This document shows positions 28,970 through 43,115 of a stretch of 64,000 nucleotides of DNA, piece by piece (position 1 is the stretch's first letter; each line of letters starts with the position of its first letter). This DNA comes from Geosiphon pyriformis uo1. Its lineage: Eukaryota; Fungi; Glomeromycota. The stretch is from positions 380,370 through 444,369 of the forward strand of contig JAAOMT010000183.1 in the NCBI GenBank assembly GCA_016748015.1, given 5' to 3'. The notes under the pieces were generated by a model. The model saw only the letters and a list, made by a program, of their open reading frames with translations, ran no database searches and was not told the DNA's origin. The position numbers were made by a program, and so were the translations under genes.

Positions 28970-29728
28970 CTTGTTTGGTTCAGACTGGCTTGTAATTACT
29001 TGGCCAATACTTTTTTTTATTCTGTTGCCCAATCTTTCAGTATCAGATCTCAGCTTTTGAATGTTTTCAGTTTTAATAAATTTTCTGTGGTATAGTATAG
29101 TCTTTTTAAAGCTAATTTGAATGTTATTAATGTTTATACAGATGAATCTTTGAAAAACTTGGGTACATGTGAGATAAAGTATGATGCAGCTGTGTTTTTC
29201 TTTGATTTGAATGTAGGTGTTGGAGTTGAAGTTGGTGAATTAGTGTCTTTTATATTGGCAGAATTATAGATAATTGCTTTAGATTTGGAATGTGTTCTAG
29301 CTTATAGTACTGTTATAATTTATTTTAACAGTTAAGCCATGCTGGATATATATGCTGCAGAGCTGAACTTGGCCTTGCCAAACTTTTTTAATAGTTGCTA
29401 ATTGGAGAGGCATTGTATTGTAAACTTAAATAAAAATAAAAGGCTTAATATATCTCGGAATAAAATCAAAAAACATTTGAGTATAGTGGACAATAAATGT
29501 GCTGACAAGTTGGCCAATTTGGCTTTATGTTTAAATTTGGTTTTTTCTGTTTTGATCCATAAAAAATGCATTGGTGCTGATGAAATGACAATTTTTGGAG
29601 ATATTTTCAAAGTTGTTTATTATGTACATTAAGAGGTTGAACTCAGATCTGATGTTATTAATGCAAATATAAAAAAAATATTGTTTGGATTTGGACCACC
29701 TCAGTTTGGCACCCTAATTTACATATGA
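28970..29728 (+). mobile_element. 5'-truncated LINE, left part (RNase H region), split by Gypsy A
   Basis: VYTDES(L) RNase H motif ~29132, AEL..IALDLECV, KIKKHLSIVDNKCADKLA; ends SVWHPNLHM at the LTR junction. Confidence 0.85.
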
Positions 29729-30556
29729 TATTACAAATGATTATTTGGGGTCTCAAATCAAATAACAAACCCATAACTTGGTGTTCAATAGCTGACTATC
29801 TTGATAATATTTGAAGGTTTTTGTGATCTGAAAGTTTTGGGTTGAAGTTTTTTGTATAATGAACAGAGGTTCAATAGTTGTTTTTAGTAGTCTTTTGAAA
29901 TTACAATTCCATTAATTTTTTTTTCAGCTTAGTGACCAGCAATTTTTTGGTAAATAATTCTTAAATTCAAGTGTTTATTCTTTCACAAGAGTCTTTACCA
30001 GACAATTTTTAATATTAATAACTCAGCACTTAATTCTTAATCAATTAGTAAACAACAAAAAAAATAAAATACAAAAAAAAATTAAAGAAACAAAATATAA
30101 GCCAAGATAATAAAAGTTAATATTTTATCAATAGCTATGATCAAGAGCTATTGTTCCAATATGATCAAATATTCAATACTATCAACATGAAATGTTAATA
30201 GTAGGGAAAGTGATTTAGATAGTAAATAATTATTTATTAATATTGATAATTCTAATAGAAATGTGGTAATGAAGAGATATTGGTAATGATTTTCTTTTTT
30301 TTTTGTTTTTAATGCTCTTACTATATATATATAATTTAAGTTTTACAAGATTGCTTTATATTCTTAAGCAATGTTTATATTGCTGAACAATGTGCCTTAA
30401 TTTTCTAACATTGCTTTATATTGTTGAGCAATGTGCTGTAATTTTTGATATTGCTTTATATTGCTAAGCAATATGCTTACATGCTAACTATTACTTTCCT
30501 ATTGGTCTATCTGTTTTCTTATTATTTTTCTTTATATATTTTCTTTATGAGTAATA
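29729..30556 (-). repeat. 3' LTR of element A
   Basis: Direct repeat of 51501-52275; decayed TG..CA termini (tattaca / gagtaata); U3 with gcaat-type repeats. Confidence 0.9.
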
Positions 30557-33500
30557 TTATTTTCTTCTTTTAATATTAAGCTCTGTCGAAATTTTCACTT
30601 TAAATTAAGTCTAATGTTTCTTTTTTTAATACTGTTTGTTCAACTTTGTTTTTTATATCTTTGATTTACATGTTGTTCATTTTTTTCTATTGGTTAATGG
30701 TGATTGTTTCTATGTTGGAGTGTAACAATATTTCTGGGTAATTTTAAAATATTATGTATAGTTGATAGATTGTTCTAATGTGCAATGTCAGATATGTTTT
30801 TTTCTGATAATATTTTCAATATTCTGTATTATTTTTTGATTGAATATTCTTTTGGTTTTATCAAAATATAATTTTTAAATGTTCAATTTTTGTCCCAACT
30901 AATAGTAGCAGTATAATATTGGAAGTTGTTCTGTCTATTGTTTCCAATTATCTTTTGAAAGTTCTTTTGTTGGAACTATAATAGATATTTTTCCAAAAGT
31001 GTTCTTTATTTTTTTTACTATTTTATCTAACCAGTTTCTTGATTGTTTTTGTGGTTGCTGGTATGGTGTATTTTTTTCTTTTTGTTTGGTGTTTTAATAA
31101 CAAATTGTTTGGTAGTTGATGACAATTTCTATGTTTAATTGTTGTTGACTTAAGGCCTAAAACAATTGTTAAGCTAAAGTGTGAATATGATTTGGTATTT
31201 CCATTTTTTTTGTTGTTTTTGTTGTATATACCATGTTTTTATATACTCTTTTGGTTGTTCAATTTGATGTGTTTGGTTTAATAATTATAATTGGTTCCAA
31301 ATCTTGTGGAATTTTATCTGGTTGGATTAGTGTTCATTGTACTCCCAGTTGTGAAATATTATTGGTAAATGATAATACTATATAGTGATATGATTTTAGT
31401 CGATTACCATGTACTGCTTTGGCTAAAATTTTGTTGTTCTATTTTAATTTATAAGCTTCATTTCTTAGAATTTCTTTTATGTAAAATGGTTCACTTTATT
31501 GTTTTTTTGCTTTGGTATAATGTAAAAATACTTTGTTTCCAATCCTAAATTCAACTAGTTTATCTAGTAATTAATTATTATGTCTTTTTTTTTGTGATTT
31601 TTGAATATTATTAGCTGGTTTTTGCTATTTGTTTTCTAGTGTTTCCATTAAGTCATATGTTTTTCTCAACAATGTTTCTTGGAAATTGTCTTCTGTTATT
31701 GGTTCAGTTAAATACATGCTGACTTCTATTTTCACTGGTACTGTTGCTGTTCTACCATATACTAATTTAAATAGTGTTGCTTGTCTAGTGTCTTGCTTTA
31801 TTGTCTGATAAGCAAATAATACTGATGGTATAAACAAATCCCATTTGTTTTGATTTTCTTGACTGATTTTGGCAATTGTTTTACACAATGTTCTATTGAA
31901 CTTTTCGACTAAGCTGTTGGTTTGTGAATAATATGGTGATGATAATGGTTTTTTTATTCCAAATCTTTGACTTAATTCTGCTAATATTCTATTTACAAAG
32001 TGAGTTTCTTGGTTAAATAGTAATTTTTTTGGGCATCTGTGTTAACAAATCAAATTTTAATGAACAAATTTGGCAATAGATTCTGCATTTGTTCTTTGAA
32101 TGGCTTTTGTTTTTGGCCATTTTGTGAGATAATTCATGGCTACTGCAATATATCTGTTGCCTCTGCTGGTTATAGTTAATGGTCCAACTAAGTCAATTCC
32201 AATGTGATCAAATGATTATTTTACTTTAATTGTTCTTAAAGACTTACTGGGTCTTGTTTTTACTTTTCTCTAACAAACATCACAATTTTGAATATATTGA
32301 ATGATGTCTGGATACATTAATGGCCAATAGTATCTTTTTTTGATTCTTTCTATAGTTGCTTTTTTGTGAAAATGTTCTGCTGTTGAATCAAAGGACATGT
32401 TGAATAATATTGTTTCTTTCTTTGGTTCTGTGATTACTTTGGTTGGTTGATTTGAATTCTTTCTGTTTTTCTAATAAAATATATCTTGGTGAATGATAAA
32501 ATATTTGGACTGTTGTTTGATATGGGTTTGTTTTTTTTGAAATAATTTTTCTTTAAACTGTTGAGTATTTATAAAATGTTAAAGTTGTTGCTATTTTTGT
32601 GTATTCATTTTTTGTTATATTTTTGGATTAGAATGTTCTTAGATTTGTTTTATTTATGACAAACCATTGGCATTTCCATTTTTTTTTTCTCTTTTTGTAA
32701 TGTATTGTATAATTAAATAGTAAAAGTTCTATTTTCTATCTAGCATGACAATCATCTCTAAATTCTTACTTCTGGATTGAAGTCAATCTTTTATAGTTAG
32801 TGTATATGTCGAATTTCTGGCTTAAGTATTTTTTTTATTTTATAACTGCCCAATAGATTGCTAAGTGTTTTAGTACTGGAGTTTCATAGTTCTTTTCAGC
32901 TGGACTCAAATTTTGGTTGGCATATATTATTGGATGTTCTCTTCTATCTGGTCCTTTCTGAGATAGTACAGCTCCTAATACTTAACCTAACACATTGGTT
33001 GTGATTATGAATGGCTTGCTATGTTCTGAATAGATCAGTATTGGAACTTGAATAAGCTTTCTTTTTAATATATTAAAAGCTTTTTACTGGTTTTTTGTCT
33101 ATTCATATTTGGTATTCTTTGTTTGGAGCTAGTATAATGGTTGAGCCAGTTTGGAAAAGTTTTTGATGAAATGGCAATAGTAATCTGCAAATTCCAAGAA
33201 TACTTATAGTTCAGTTAAGTTGGTAGATACTGAAAAGTTTTTAACTATCTTAATTTTGTCTGGATCTGTCTTAATTCCGTCTTTGCTCACAATATGTTCT
33301 AAAAATTTTAATTCCATTTTGCCAAATAAACCTTTGTTGGCATTTAACTTTAGCTTTGTTCTTCTTAATCTTTCAAATACTTGCTGTAGATAATGAAGAT
33401 GATCATCAAATATCTTTAAAAACACATTGGTATTATCCAAATAGACAACTACTGATTTTTATAACAGTCCAGTATAGATAATTTCTATAAGTTATTGGAA

Positions 33501-34469
33501 TGTTGTTGGAGTATTCATTAAGCCAAATAGCATTACTTCAAACTCAAAATTTTCCTCTCTTGTTGTGAATATGGTCTTCTCTTTATTAACTGGATTTATG
33601 GCTACTTGCCAATAACTGCTATCTAAGTTTAGCATTAAGAACTATTTTTTTTCTTCAAATGCATTAAAAAGTTCTTGGATTTTTAGAGTTGAGTAGCTAT
33701 CTCTTTTTGTTATTCCATTAAGTTTTTAGTAATCCATGCAAAACCAAATCTTTCCATTCTTTTTACAGACTTGTACTACTAGTGATGACCATGAGTTCAT
33801 TGATAGTTAAATTAACTCATTGTTCAACATCCAGTTGATTTCTTGTCAGATGATTTCATAACTTGCTGGTAGTACTCAGTATGCTCTTTGTTTGATTGGC
33901 ATTATATCTCTAGTTTTGATCTGATGTTAGATTATATCAGTTCTGCCAAATTCATTTTCATTAGCAAAGATATCATTGAAGTCATTAAGTAATATTTTCA
34001 GCTGTATATATTGTAGTAGATCTAAATTTCTCAAGTTTATTTATTCTAATTGTTCTGGTTGGAGCAGATAATATTCTTCTCATCTATATATTGTTTGTGA
34101 TATGATATTCACATATTCACACAGTTGTGAAAAGTCTAGAATGGGATTTGGTAATTGTTCTTCAACTTCAGTGCTTAAATATCCAATAATAGTTCTTTTT
34201 GGTATTTCAATGACATTTCCTGTTGTATTATAGATGAGAATTTTGATGTGTTTAGGGCTTTTAGCTGGTATGTAAAGATTGGTAAGTTCAATCTTTCCTG
34301 ATTCACAAATTACAGCTTCTGCTTAAAACATTTGAGCCTGATTCTTTACTTTTCTTTTTATGACTAACATGTACTAGTTATATAGTAGGAAAAAAATTAA
34401 TTGATGAGTGGAGATAATTTCTCTCTTGTCAATAATTTTTTTCTTTGCCATGTTGACTAATACATCTAT

Positions 34470-34865
34470 TCTATCCATAAATCTGAATTTACTAATCTCT
34501 CTAGCTGTAATCCTTAATTCTTCCTTGTTTCTTACTAATACCAATTGAACTATTTTAACCAGAGGTAGGAATATTGCTTGTGTTATCTTTTTGTTTGACT
34601 CTATGATATAGATCTTTTCTAAGTCATTTTGTAACATTATAATAATATTTCTTACATATTCTGTATCAATTATTTCTTCTCTGATATTGATTCTTTTTTT
34701 TGCTAAATTACTCCTAGATGTTAATTGAATTATTGTTGTTGCTAGAATTTCCAGTGCTACTTTAAGATCAATACAGATGCATAAATATAGTTTCAATTTG
34801 ATGGCTTTTTTTCTAAAATATCTCAAATCAAACTCTGCATCAATATTATGCACATATTCTGGCAT
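34470..34865 (-). pseudogene. dUTPase domain of element A pol
   Basis: AEFDL, SRSNL, IIDTEYVRNI, KITQAIF, decayed motif V; colinear with the copy in B. Confidence 0.85.
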
Positions 34866-37111
34866 AATATCTTTATTATTATCATTAAACTATTTAAGTT
34901 TCTGCTCTTTGGTAAGATCAGAAAGTGTGATATATTGTTCTGAGTTTAAATTAAAGTTTAAACCATTGTTATTATTATTGCCATTTTAAACAGAACTGGA
35001 ACTGTTGTTTTTGTTATTGTTGTTGTTGGAGTTTGAATTGGGATGGAATGTTGATTCCAATTCTGATACACAGCTGCTGATTGGTTTTTCTTTTTCTGAG
35101 ATCATGTAGATCATACATAGTAGTAGATTGTAAATAAGATCACACTCATTACAATATTGAAAGTCACATGAGATCAAACAATAGTCACATAGTCGGGTGT
35201 TTATTTCTTCTAAGCACTGTTCTTGCTTTTTTCTTGTTGGTGCCAAATTCCAGTAATGCTCATGAAATTCCTTTGGACCTGTTTCAATATTTAAAAATGC
35301 ATCTAAATTAGAGATAAAAACAATATCAACTGGTTTTAGAAGATTGTTTTTTATTTTTAAAATCTTATTGGGCAAAGCATTTTTTACTTTAATATTGGCC
35401 ATTTGCCAGATTTTGTCTTTATTGTACAGATAGCTGTCTAAGCAAGAGATTGCTTGGTACCATACAGCAGTAATAAATGTGTTACAACTAACCCAGTCAC
35501 TTATGAGGATCATGTACTGGCATAAAGCATTACACATTTTTTCTTAACCAGGAATGTTATTCCATATTCTCTTATTAAGTAATTGTTCATCACAAGTAAG
35601 ACATGGTTTGTTGCCCTACTTGTCCTGTTTTTTTGGATAGCTGTAGTGTTCTCTATGGCATAGTTTGCAATAATAATGCATTTTGGTCCAGTAGTCTTTG
35701 TCAGATACTATCTATGCTCTCATAAAAGATAGTTTCTTACCACAATCTTGACATTTGAGAGAAATATATAATGGCTGTTCCAGTAGTTTGTGCACCAAGT
35801 ATAAAGTTCTCCAGTTACTGGTAGCTTTTTCAGTGTTTATTGTGATTTGTATTTTTCAGTCTTCTTTTTTTTCTTTTTCTTTTTCTTTTTCTTTTTCTTT
35901 CCAATTTAAGATTATTGTGGTTGTTGTCAATCCATGAAACTTGATAGGCTTTCCAGATAGATTTATTTTCTTCTTCCAAATTGATTAATGGTACAGATGT
36001 GGTATATGATTTGAAATAACTGCACATGACTGGTATTTGAATATAGTGTTCATTCTGGCTGAGTTGTAATTTCTGAGTGGTTTAATTAAATACAGCATTT
36101 GCTTTGCTCAGCCAGTCATTTCCAATGAGAGCTTGGTATTAGGTGGCTTTTATAATTAAGATTTTAATAAGAATGGTGATGCCATTGACTTCAAAAGAAA
36201 AGTTATTGATTTTGCCAATTGGAGTTTTGGTTGCTCCATTAATGATAATGATTCTGGTGCTGGCAGCTTGATCAACTCAGTAACCTAATTGGTTTATGAA
36301 TTGGTGTGTGATGATGCTATCTGCTGACCCACTGTCTAAGATTAACTTAATGAGATGGCCATCAGTTTTAGCATCAGTGTACATTGCAGTTATGGGTTTT
36401 TCTTCAAGGGAAGCACCACTAAAGAAAAGCATTTTCAACTGTTCTTCAAGTTCAAAGGGAAAAATGGCTGTTAACAAGTTGTTATTGGTAATAGTTGCTA
36501 GTAAAATATTGTTGGTAAATGGTTTTTGGTTGGTTTCTAAGTTGTTAGATAAGACGTCTTTTAAGGTAATCAAAAAACTTAAATAGTTCTGAGAATTTGG
36601 GGTTTGAGCATACCTAGTTTCTGAATTTCTTGGATGTGATTTTGAGGATTGTTGAGATGTGCTGAGGATCAGTTGATAAACAATTATCACCAATCTTCAG
36701 TTTTGTTAGATGGTTTTTAGCCTCTGATTTCCATTGGAAACAGTTATTTATAGCAGTATTTAAATGGATTAAGGTTGATAAATTAGTTGTGACTGTAGTG
36801 ATTGATATATTATGAGTGTTACCAGTTGATATATTGGAAATACATATATTGGTTTTTGCATCATTTGGGTGTAATTAGGTTGGTACTGATCTTAATTTGA
36901 GTAATAACTTGGAGTTTGAAACCTGCAATTGGGGTTTCAATATTGATTTTCTGATTGTAGATTATTGTTATAAATTTGGCAACTAGCTCTAATGTAATTT
37001 TGTTTATTACAATTATAACAAACATACATTTTTGATTGCCATGATTGATTGGTCAATAATGATGGGTGTGCCTAATTTTAAAAACAATTTGAATTTCCTG
37101 AATTATTACAT

Positions 37112-37998
37112 TATTACTCATAAAATATAAAAAGTATATTAGCATATAAATTAGCCAATTAGAAGTAGTTATAGTAAATGTGAAATTCCAGGATTCTTCT
37201 CAAGAAAAATCACAAGATTCCAGGAATTTCAGAATTATCGTACAAGGAATCACAGGATTCCAAAATTCCAGAATTCCTTTCAAGAGAAATTGCAGAATTC
37301 CAAGAATTGCAGGATTTCTGATATAAAAAATTGAGGAATTGAGGAATCTCAATTATGTATATATAGCAGTAGTGCTAAAAGTAGAAAAAGACAGAATTTT
37401 TTAATTAGAAACCTCTTAAGTTTAGATTCAATCTAAGCAACCTTCTATTCACAAATATTAAATAAATAATTATTCACTATCACAACTCATTCTTCACTAT
37501 CAACACTTCATGTTGATAGTAATTGATACTTAAAAACACTGAAACAATAGCTCTTGATCATGGCTATTGACAGGATACTAACTTGCAATTGCTTTTATTT
37601 ATTTCTTTATCTTTTTCTTTATTTTCTTTATTTTCTTTCTTGTTTTGATCTTATTGTTGTACTAATTGATTAAAGATTAAAGTGCTGAATTATTGACATC
37701 ACAAATAGCCTGGTAAAAGACCCAGAGATAAGGGTAAGAATATATATATTAATGAATAGCTTACCAGAAGAGCACAACTGTTAGATTAAACCAGCCACCA
37801 CGCTGAAGACAGAAATTGGGAAAACAATTCACCAACTACCTTGTCATTGAATCTTTGTCTATTATACAAAAAACTTAACTCTAAAAAAAAACCTTCAAAT
37901 ACAACCAATGTACCAGTATTACCAGCATTATCAAGATATTGAGCATTAAGTTATGGATTTGTTATTTGATTTAAGACTCCAAATAATCATCTATAACA
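37112..37998 (+). repeat. 5' LTR of element B
   Basis: Direct repeat of 48981-49885; U3 with ggaattc/ggattcc repeats; TATA-like tatatatag ~37359. Confidence 0.92.
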
Positions 37999-40900
37999 TT
38001 TGGTGCTTCCTGTGAGGTATAATTCTACAGAGAACTAACACCAACTATAACCATTCAAAAGTGGCAGAATCAGAATTGATAAGAGCAAACCATTTAGGAT
38101 TTGCGAAATCTTTATTTCAATACTACTGTCAACATTTGAGATTAAACCATAATCACATATTAGTAGAATCAGCCTTCAATTTCTATGTCAACGAGAGAAT
38201 TGTCTATCTGTTAGGTACACCAGTAAATACTGAGTCAGCAAGGGAAATCTTTTACAACAAATTAATTCAAAACACTAGCCTACTAACAAATCACAATTTT
38301 GAATCCATCATCACAGAAATCAATAAAGAAATTAAATATCACACCCAACAAAGATACCCAATTACATATACCAGTAAAGAAAAAGGAAAACTGCAAACAC
38401 CAGCAGTAATACTCCAAAGGATACAACCACCCACTTGAAAGAAAACCAGAGTTGAATCACCAATCAATTCATCATACCACTATACACCCAGAAGCATCAT
38501 CAATATCTTATCAACAGGTGCATCTACATCAAATGCGACATCAACATTTAGATGACTCCTATTTCAAAGTAAACAAAAAAAAGCAAAATTACTAGGAACT
38601 TATAGCAATTATTTTGAAGGATTTAAATCATGATCGCCAACATCATTAGGATTCTGATTACCACCATCTCAACCTGATTTCGGAAACGCAAGTCCCTGGG
38701 AGATAACAGAATCAGACAAAGAAGAAAAAAAAGAAGCTGAAGATCAAGAATTTACTTACCAGAACCTAATTCCAGAAAATCCAGACATTGGAACTCCAAA
38801 CTTTTAGACTTAGCAAGATCTAAATTTAGAAAATCTGGAAGTTGAAACTCCAAATTTTCAAAATCAGCAAAATCAGAATGATTGAAACCCCAACATTAAT
38901 AATTAACAACACTTACCTCCAGTTATTGTCATCAACTTACTACCAGTTGCTTCACAACAACAGCTACTGCCACAACTCCAAATTCAATTACTATTTCAAT
39001 TATCACAGCAACTAAACATAGATCCAATGGTCTATGCCCCAATAGCAAAACTCGAGAAATTCATAGGAGAGAAGGATGATACACAAGTATTGTTCAATGA
39101 CATAGAAAAAGCCATTGTGGCTAATGGATAGAATAATGCCAAAGCCATGCAAGCCATTCCATATTTTCTCCAGAATACTACCAATTCATGGTACCAAAGT
39201 CTGATTAATAAACCCCAAGATTTTAATACATTCAAAATTGAGTTTTTAAGATACTTCAGCAACAATAACAGCATTAACAGGCTAACAAATACCTTCACTA
39301 CTATTAAACAAGGAGAAACCAAAGCAGTCACTACTTACTTAGGATGCTTCTACAAGAATCTGTGCCAGATTCAAGCCATTAATGCCAATTATTTTACTGT
39401 GGTCCAGATACTAAATCAGTTCATTCACGGATTACACAATAGCATTCTGCAATGCATATGTCCAATGCATTCTATTGATCTGCAAGCAGCTGTTACAAAT
39501 GCCAGAGATTTTGAAGCCACTGAATTAGAAGCCAACCATGCCCAAGCAGTAAATTTAGTAATGAACAGATTATCTGACTTGGATTCCAAATTAAAGCAAT
39601 TCAACAAATCAATAAATTAGAAATTAGAGGAATACTTAGCTAACAATAATTAAGCAATCTATTAAACTCCACAATAACACAATAATTAAGAAAACTCTAA
39701 TCATTTCCATAATTAATCGCATTCAACATCATCGACCAATCAACAGTGAGAACAGGAAACATGTGTTTGCCACTATTGTGATAAACAAGAACACTTACAA
39801 ATTGACTGTCATCACTGCTTAAATAACCAATGATCGGAAAATCAATATCAAAACTCCAATCACCAGTTTCAAACTCCAGATAACTCACCAAACTCAGAGC
39901 CATATCATCAAAATTATCTGCCAATAACGCAGCAGCCAATTTATCAAATACTGATATATTAACCTCCAATTAATCAACCACAGTTGCCAGCAACATATCA
40001 ACCACAGCCACCAATAATTTATCAACCCCAGCAACTTCAAACACTACCACCAAACCCAGCTTAAATGACATTAAAAAATCCCAGATTGAGAGTCACTCAA
40101 AACTGGAGATCAGCAATAGTTGTTCACCAACCAATCCCCAGTTCCTCCCACCAACCAACAGGACCATGCTCTCAGAATTCAGGAACTGGGCATGCTCAAA
40201 ATCCAAATTTCCAACACTATTTAAGTCTTCTGGTTATCTCTGAAAATGCCACTGCCAATAATCTAGAACCCAATTAGAAACAGCTACTTACCAGCAATAT
40301 CCCACCAGCAATTATCTCCAATAACAAATCTTTAGCAGCTATTTTTCCTTTCAAACTTGAGAAAACCATGCCAGTCCCATTATTTAATAGAGCTGCTCTT
40401 GACACCAAACCAATTACTGCCATGTACACTAGCGCAAAAGTTGATGGTCACATTATCAAACTAATTCTAGATAATAGATCAGCTGGCAGTATTATTACCA
40501 AGCAACTCATGAATTAATTAGGTTGCTGAGTTAACCACATTGCCAGCATTAGAATTATTACAGCCAATAGAGTGACTAAAACTCTTATTAGTGAAATAGA
40601 CAACTTCCCGATTGAAGTCAATGGCATCATAGTACCAATTAAAGTTCTGGTCATAGAAGCTACTCAGTACCAAGCTCTAGTTGGTAATGACTGGCTATTT
40701 AAAACCAATGTGACACTTGACTGGACAACACAAGAGTTGCAAATCAGTCAGAATGACCAACACACATAAGTACTAGCAATGTGTGGCCATTTCAAACCCA
40801 GCATTGAAATGCGATTACTTATTGACTTCGAAAAAAAAAAAAAAAAATCTACCTGAGAAGCTTATCAGATCTTGTGGGCTGACAGCAACCACAACAAACT

Positions 40901-42029
40901 ACTACTAATACTATTCTGGGACAACAACAACAAAGGAAAGCAGAAGAAAGAACTTAACTGAAACACTAACCAAGCCTGGAAAACCGACAATAATCAGGAA
41001 GAACTAATAAATTAGGAGTGGGAAGAAAATAAAAAGAGAAAAGAAAAGGGGAAGAAAGAAGAACCAACACCCAACAGCACCACTACTTATAATTTCTACA
41101 CTATACCCCAATGATCTACTTATTGCCACCCAAAACTGGTATGCATTGATTGCAGCAAGAAATTGTTGTCAATGGGCATTTGTTGTGGTAATAATGAGGA
41201 GTACACTTTAGCAACCAAATTTTACTGCTGCTTATGCATCATTAAACATTTTGGAAGAACAAAACAAGTTGGAAAATGGGACAACAAACCATGTTTGGCT
41301 TGTGAAAAAACTTTCTCAAACAAAGAAATATGGAATGACATTCCTGGACAAAGAAGAACATGCAATAAAATGTGTCAGTATACAATCTTTATTAATAACT
41401 GGGTATACAAGGGCACCCCAATTAACAATGCCTGGAAACAAGCATTGCAATGATTGAAAAGATACTTCTACGATAAACACAAATTATGGAAAATGGTGAG
41501 TGTGAAAGCAGAAAGTGTAACAACCAGCGAATTACTGGAAATCAAAAACAATCCTCTATCTCTGCCTAAATCCGAATACATCTAAACTTTTGATGTCTTT
41601 GGCAACATTGAAGATAACCCAAAAGAATTTCATGAACATTACTAGTGTTTAACACCTATTAGAGAAGAACAAAAGCAGTATTTAGAATAGTTAAATACTC
41701 AATTATGTCAATATTGCTTAATCCCATGTGACTTTCAATATTGTAATGAGTGTAATCTCATTTACAATCCACCACCATACATGATCTACTTAATCTCAGA
41801 AGAAGACAAACCAATAAGCAGCTGCGCATTAGAATTGGAATCAATTTTTAATCCCAATTTAAACTCCAACAATGATGACGACAAAAATACTGGTTCTAGC
41901 TCCATTCAAAATGGCAACAAAAATATCAACAATTCAGACTCCGATTCAAACCCCAAAATATACATTGTGCTTTCTGATCTTTCCAAGGAGCAGAAACTCA
42001 AATAGTATAGTGACAACAATGAAGATATT

Positions 42030-42425
42030 ATGCCAAAATGTGCACATGATATCAATACAGGGTTTGATTTGAAATATTCAGAAAGAGATGCCATCAAATT
42101 GGAATCCCATTTGTGCACCTGTATTGATCTTAAAATAGCACTGAAAATTCTAGCAACAACAATGGTACAATTAGCATCTAGGAGTAGCTTAGTTAAAAAG
42201 AGAATCAACATTAGAGGAGGAATAATTGATGCAGAATACATAGGAAATATCATTGTAATGCTACAAAATAACTCAGAAAAAGCATATACTATAGATCTAA
42301 ATGAAAAGATAGCCCAGGCAATATTCTTATCTCTGGTAAAGGTAGTTTAATTAGTATCAGTGGGAACCAGAGAAAAATTAAGAATAACAGCAAAAGGGAT
42401 ACAAGGATTCAGATCCACAGGTAGA
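42030..42425 (+). pseudogene. dUTPase domain of element B pol
   Basis: All five trimeric dUTPase motifs: TGFDL, SRSSL, GGIIDAEYIGNI, KIAQAIF, KGIQGFRSTG; in frame with PR upstream and RT downstream. Confidence 0.9.
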
Positions 42426-42954
42426 ATAGATATACCAGTCAATATGACAGAGAAAGAAATTATTGACAAGAGAGAAATTATCTCTACCCATCAATCAATT
42501 ACCATTCCACCATATAACCAGTATATATTAGCCATAAAAAGAGAAGTAAAGGATCAAGCTTAATTGTTTAAAGTGAAAGCCAACATCTGTGAATCAGGAA
42601 AAATTGAACTCACTAATCTTTATATATCAGCCAAAAGTCCCAAAAACATCAAAATTTCTATCTACAATACAACCAGTGTTACAGATAATTCTTTGGAGTG
42701 TCGAGTAAATAACAAACCCATAACTTGGTGCTCAAAGTGATTGGTGATAATGATAATCTAAAAGTATTTTATCTGAAGGTTTTCCAATTGAGTTTTTTGT
42801 ATAATGGACAGAGATTCACTGGTAACAGTTTATCAATAGTTTCCTGAAACTGTAGTTTTGTCAATTGCTTGCTCAGCTTGATGGTTGATGATTCTTCTAA
42901 TACGATATCCTCCATAAGTGTATACCAGTGCTGTTTCTTGATGTCAGTTCCTTC

Positions 42955-43115
42955 ATAAGTCCTCCAAGAGTAAGTATTGTTTAAGCAAATTTATTCCTCT
43001 GTAAGTTTTCCAAGAATAAATATTGTTTTAAGTAAGTTTTATTCCTCTGTAAGTCCTCCAAGAGTAAGTATTGTTTTAAGTAAGTTTTATTTCTCCGTAA
43101 GTCCTCCAAGAGTAA
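42955..43115 (+). repeat. 48-bp tandem repeat inside LTR C (also ~44592-44752)
   Basis: About 3.3 units of gtaagtcctccaagagtaagtattgttttaagtaagttttattcctct. Confidence 0.85.

Noticed and set aside
37180-37350. Short interspersed ggaattc/ggattcc repeats resembling a CRISPR array
   Set aside because: Degenerate units with no unique spacers, repeated identically in paired LTRs; these are U3 repeats in eukaryotic DNA with no cas genes.
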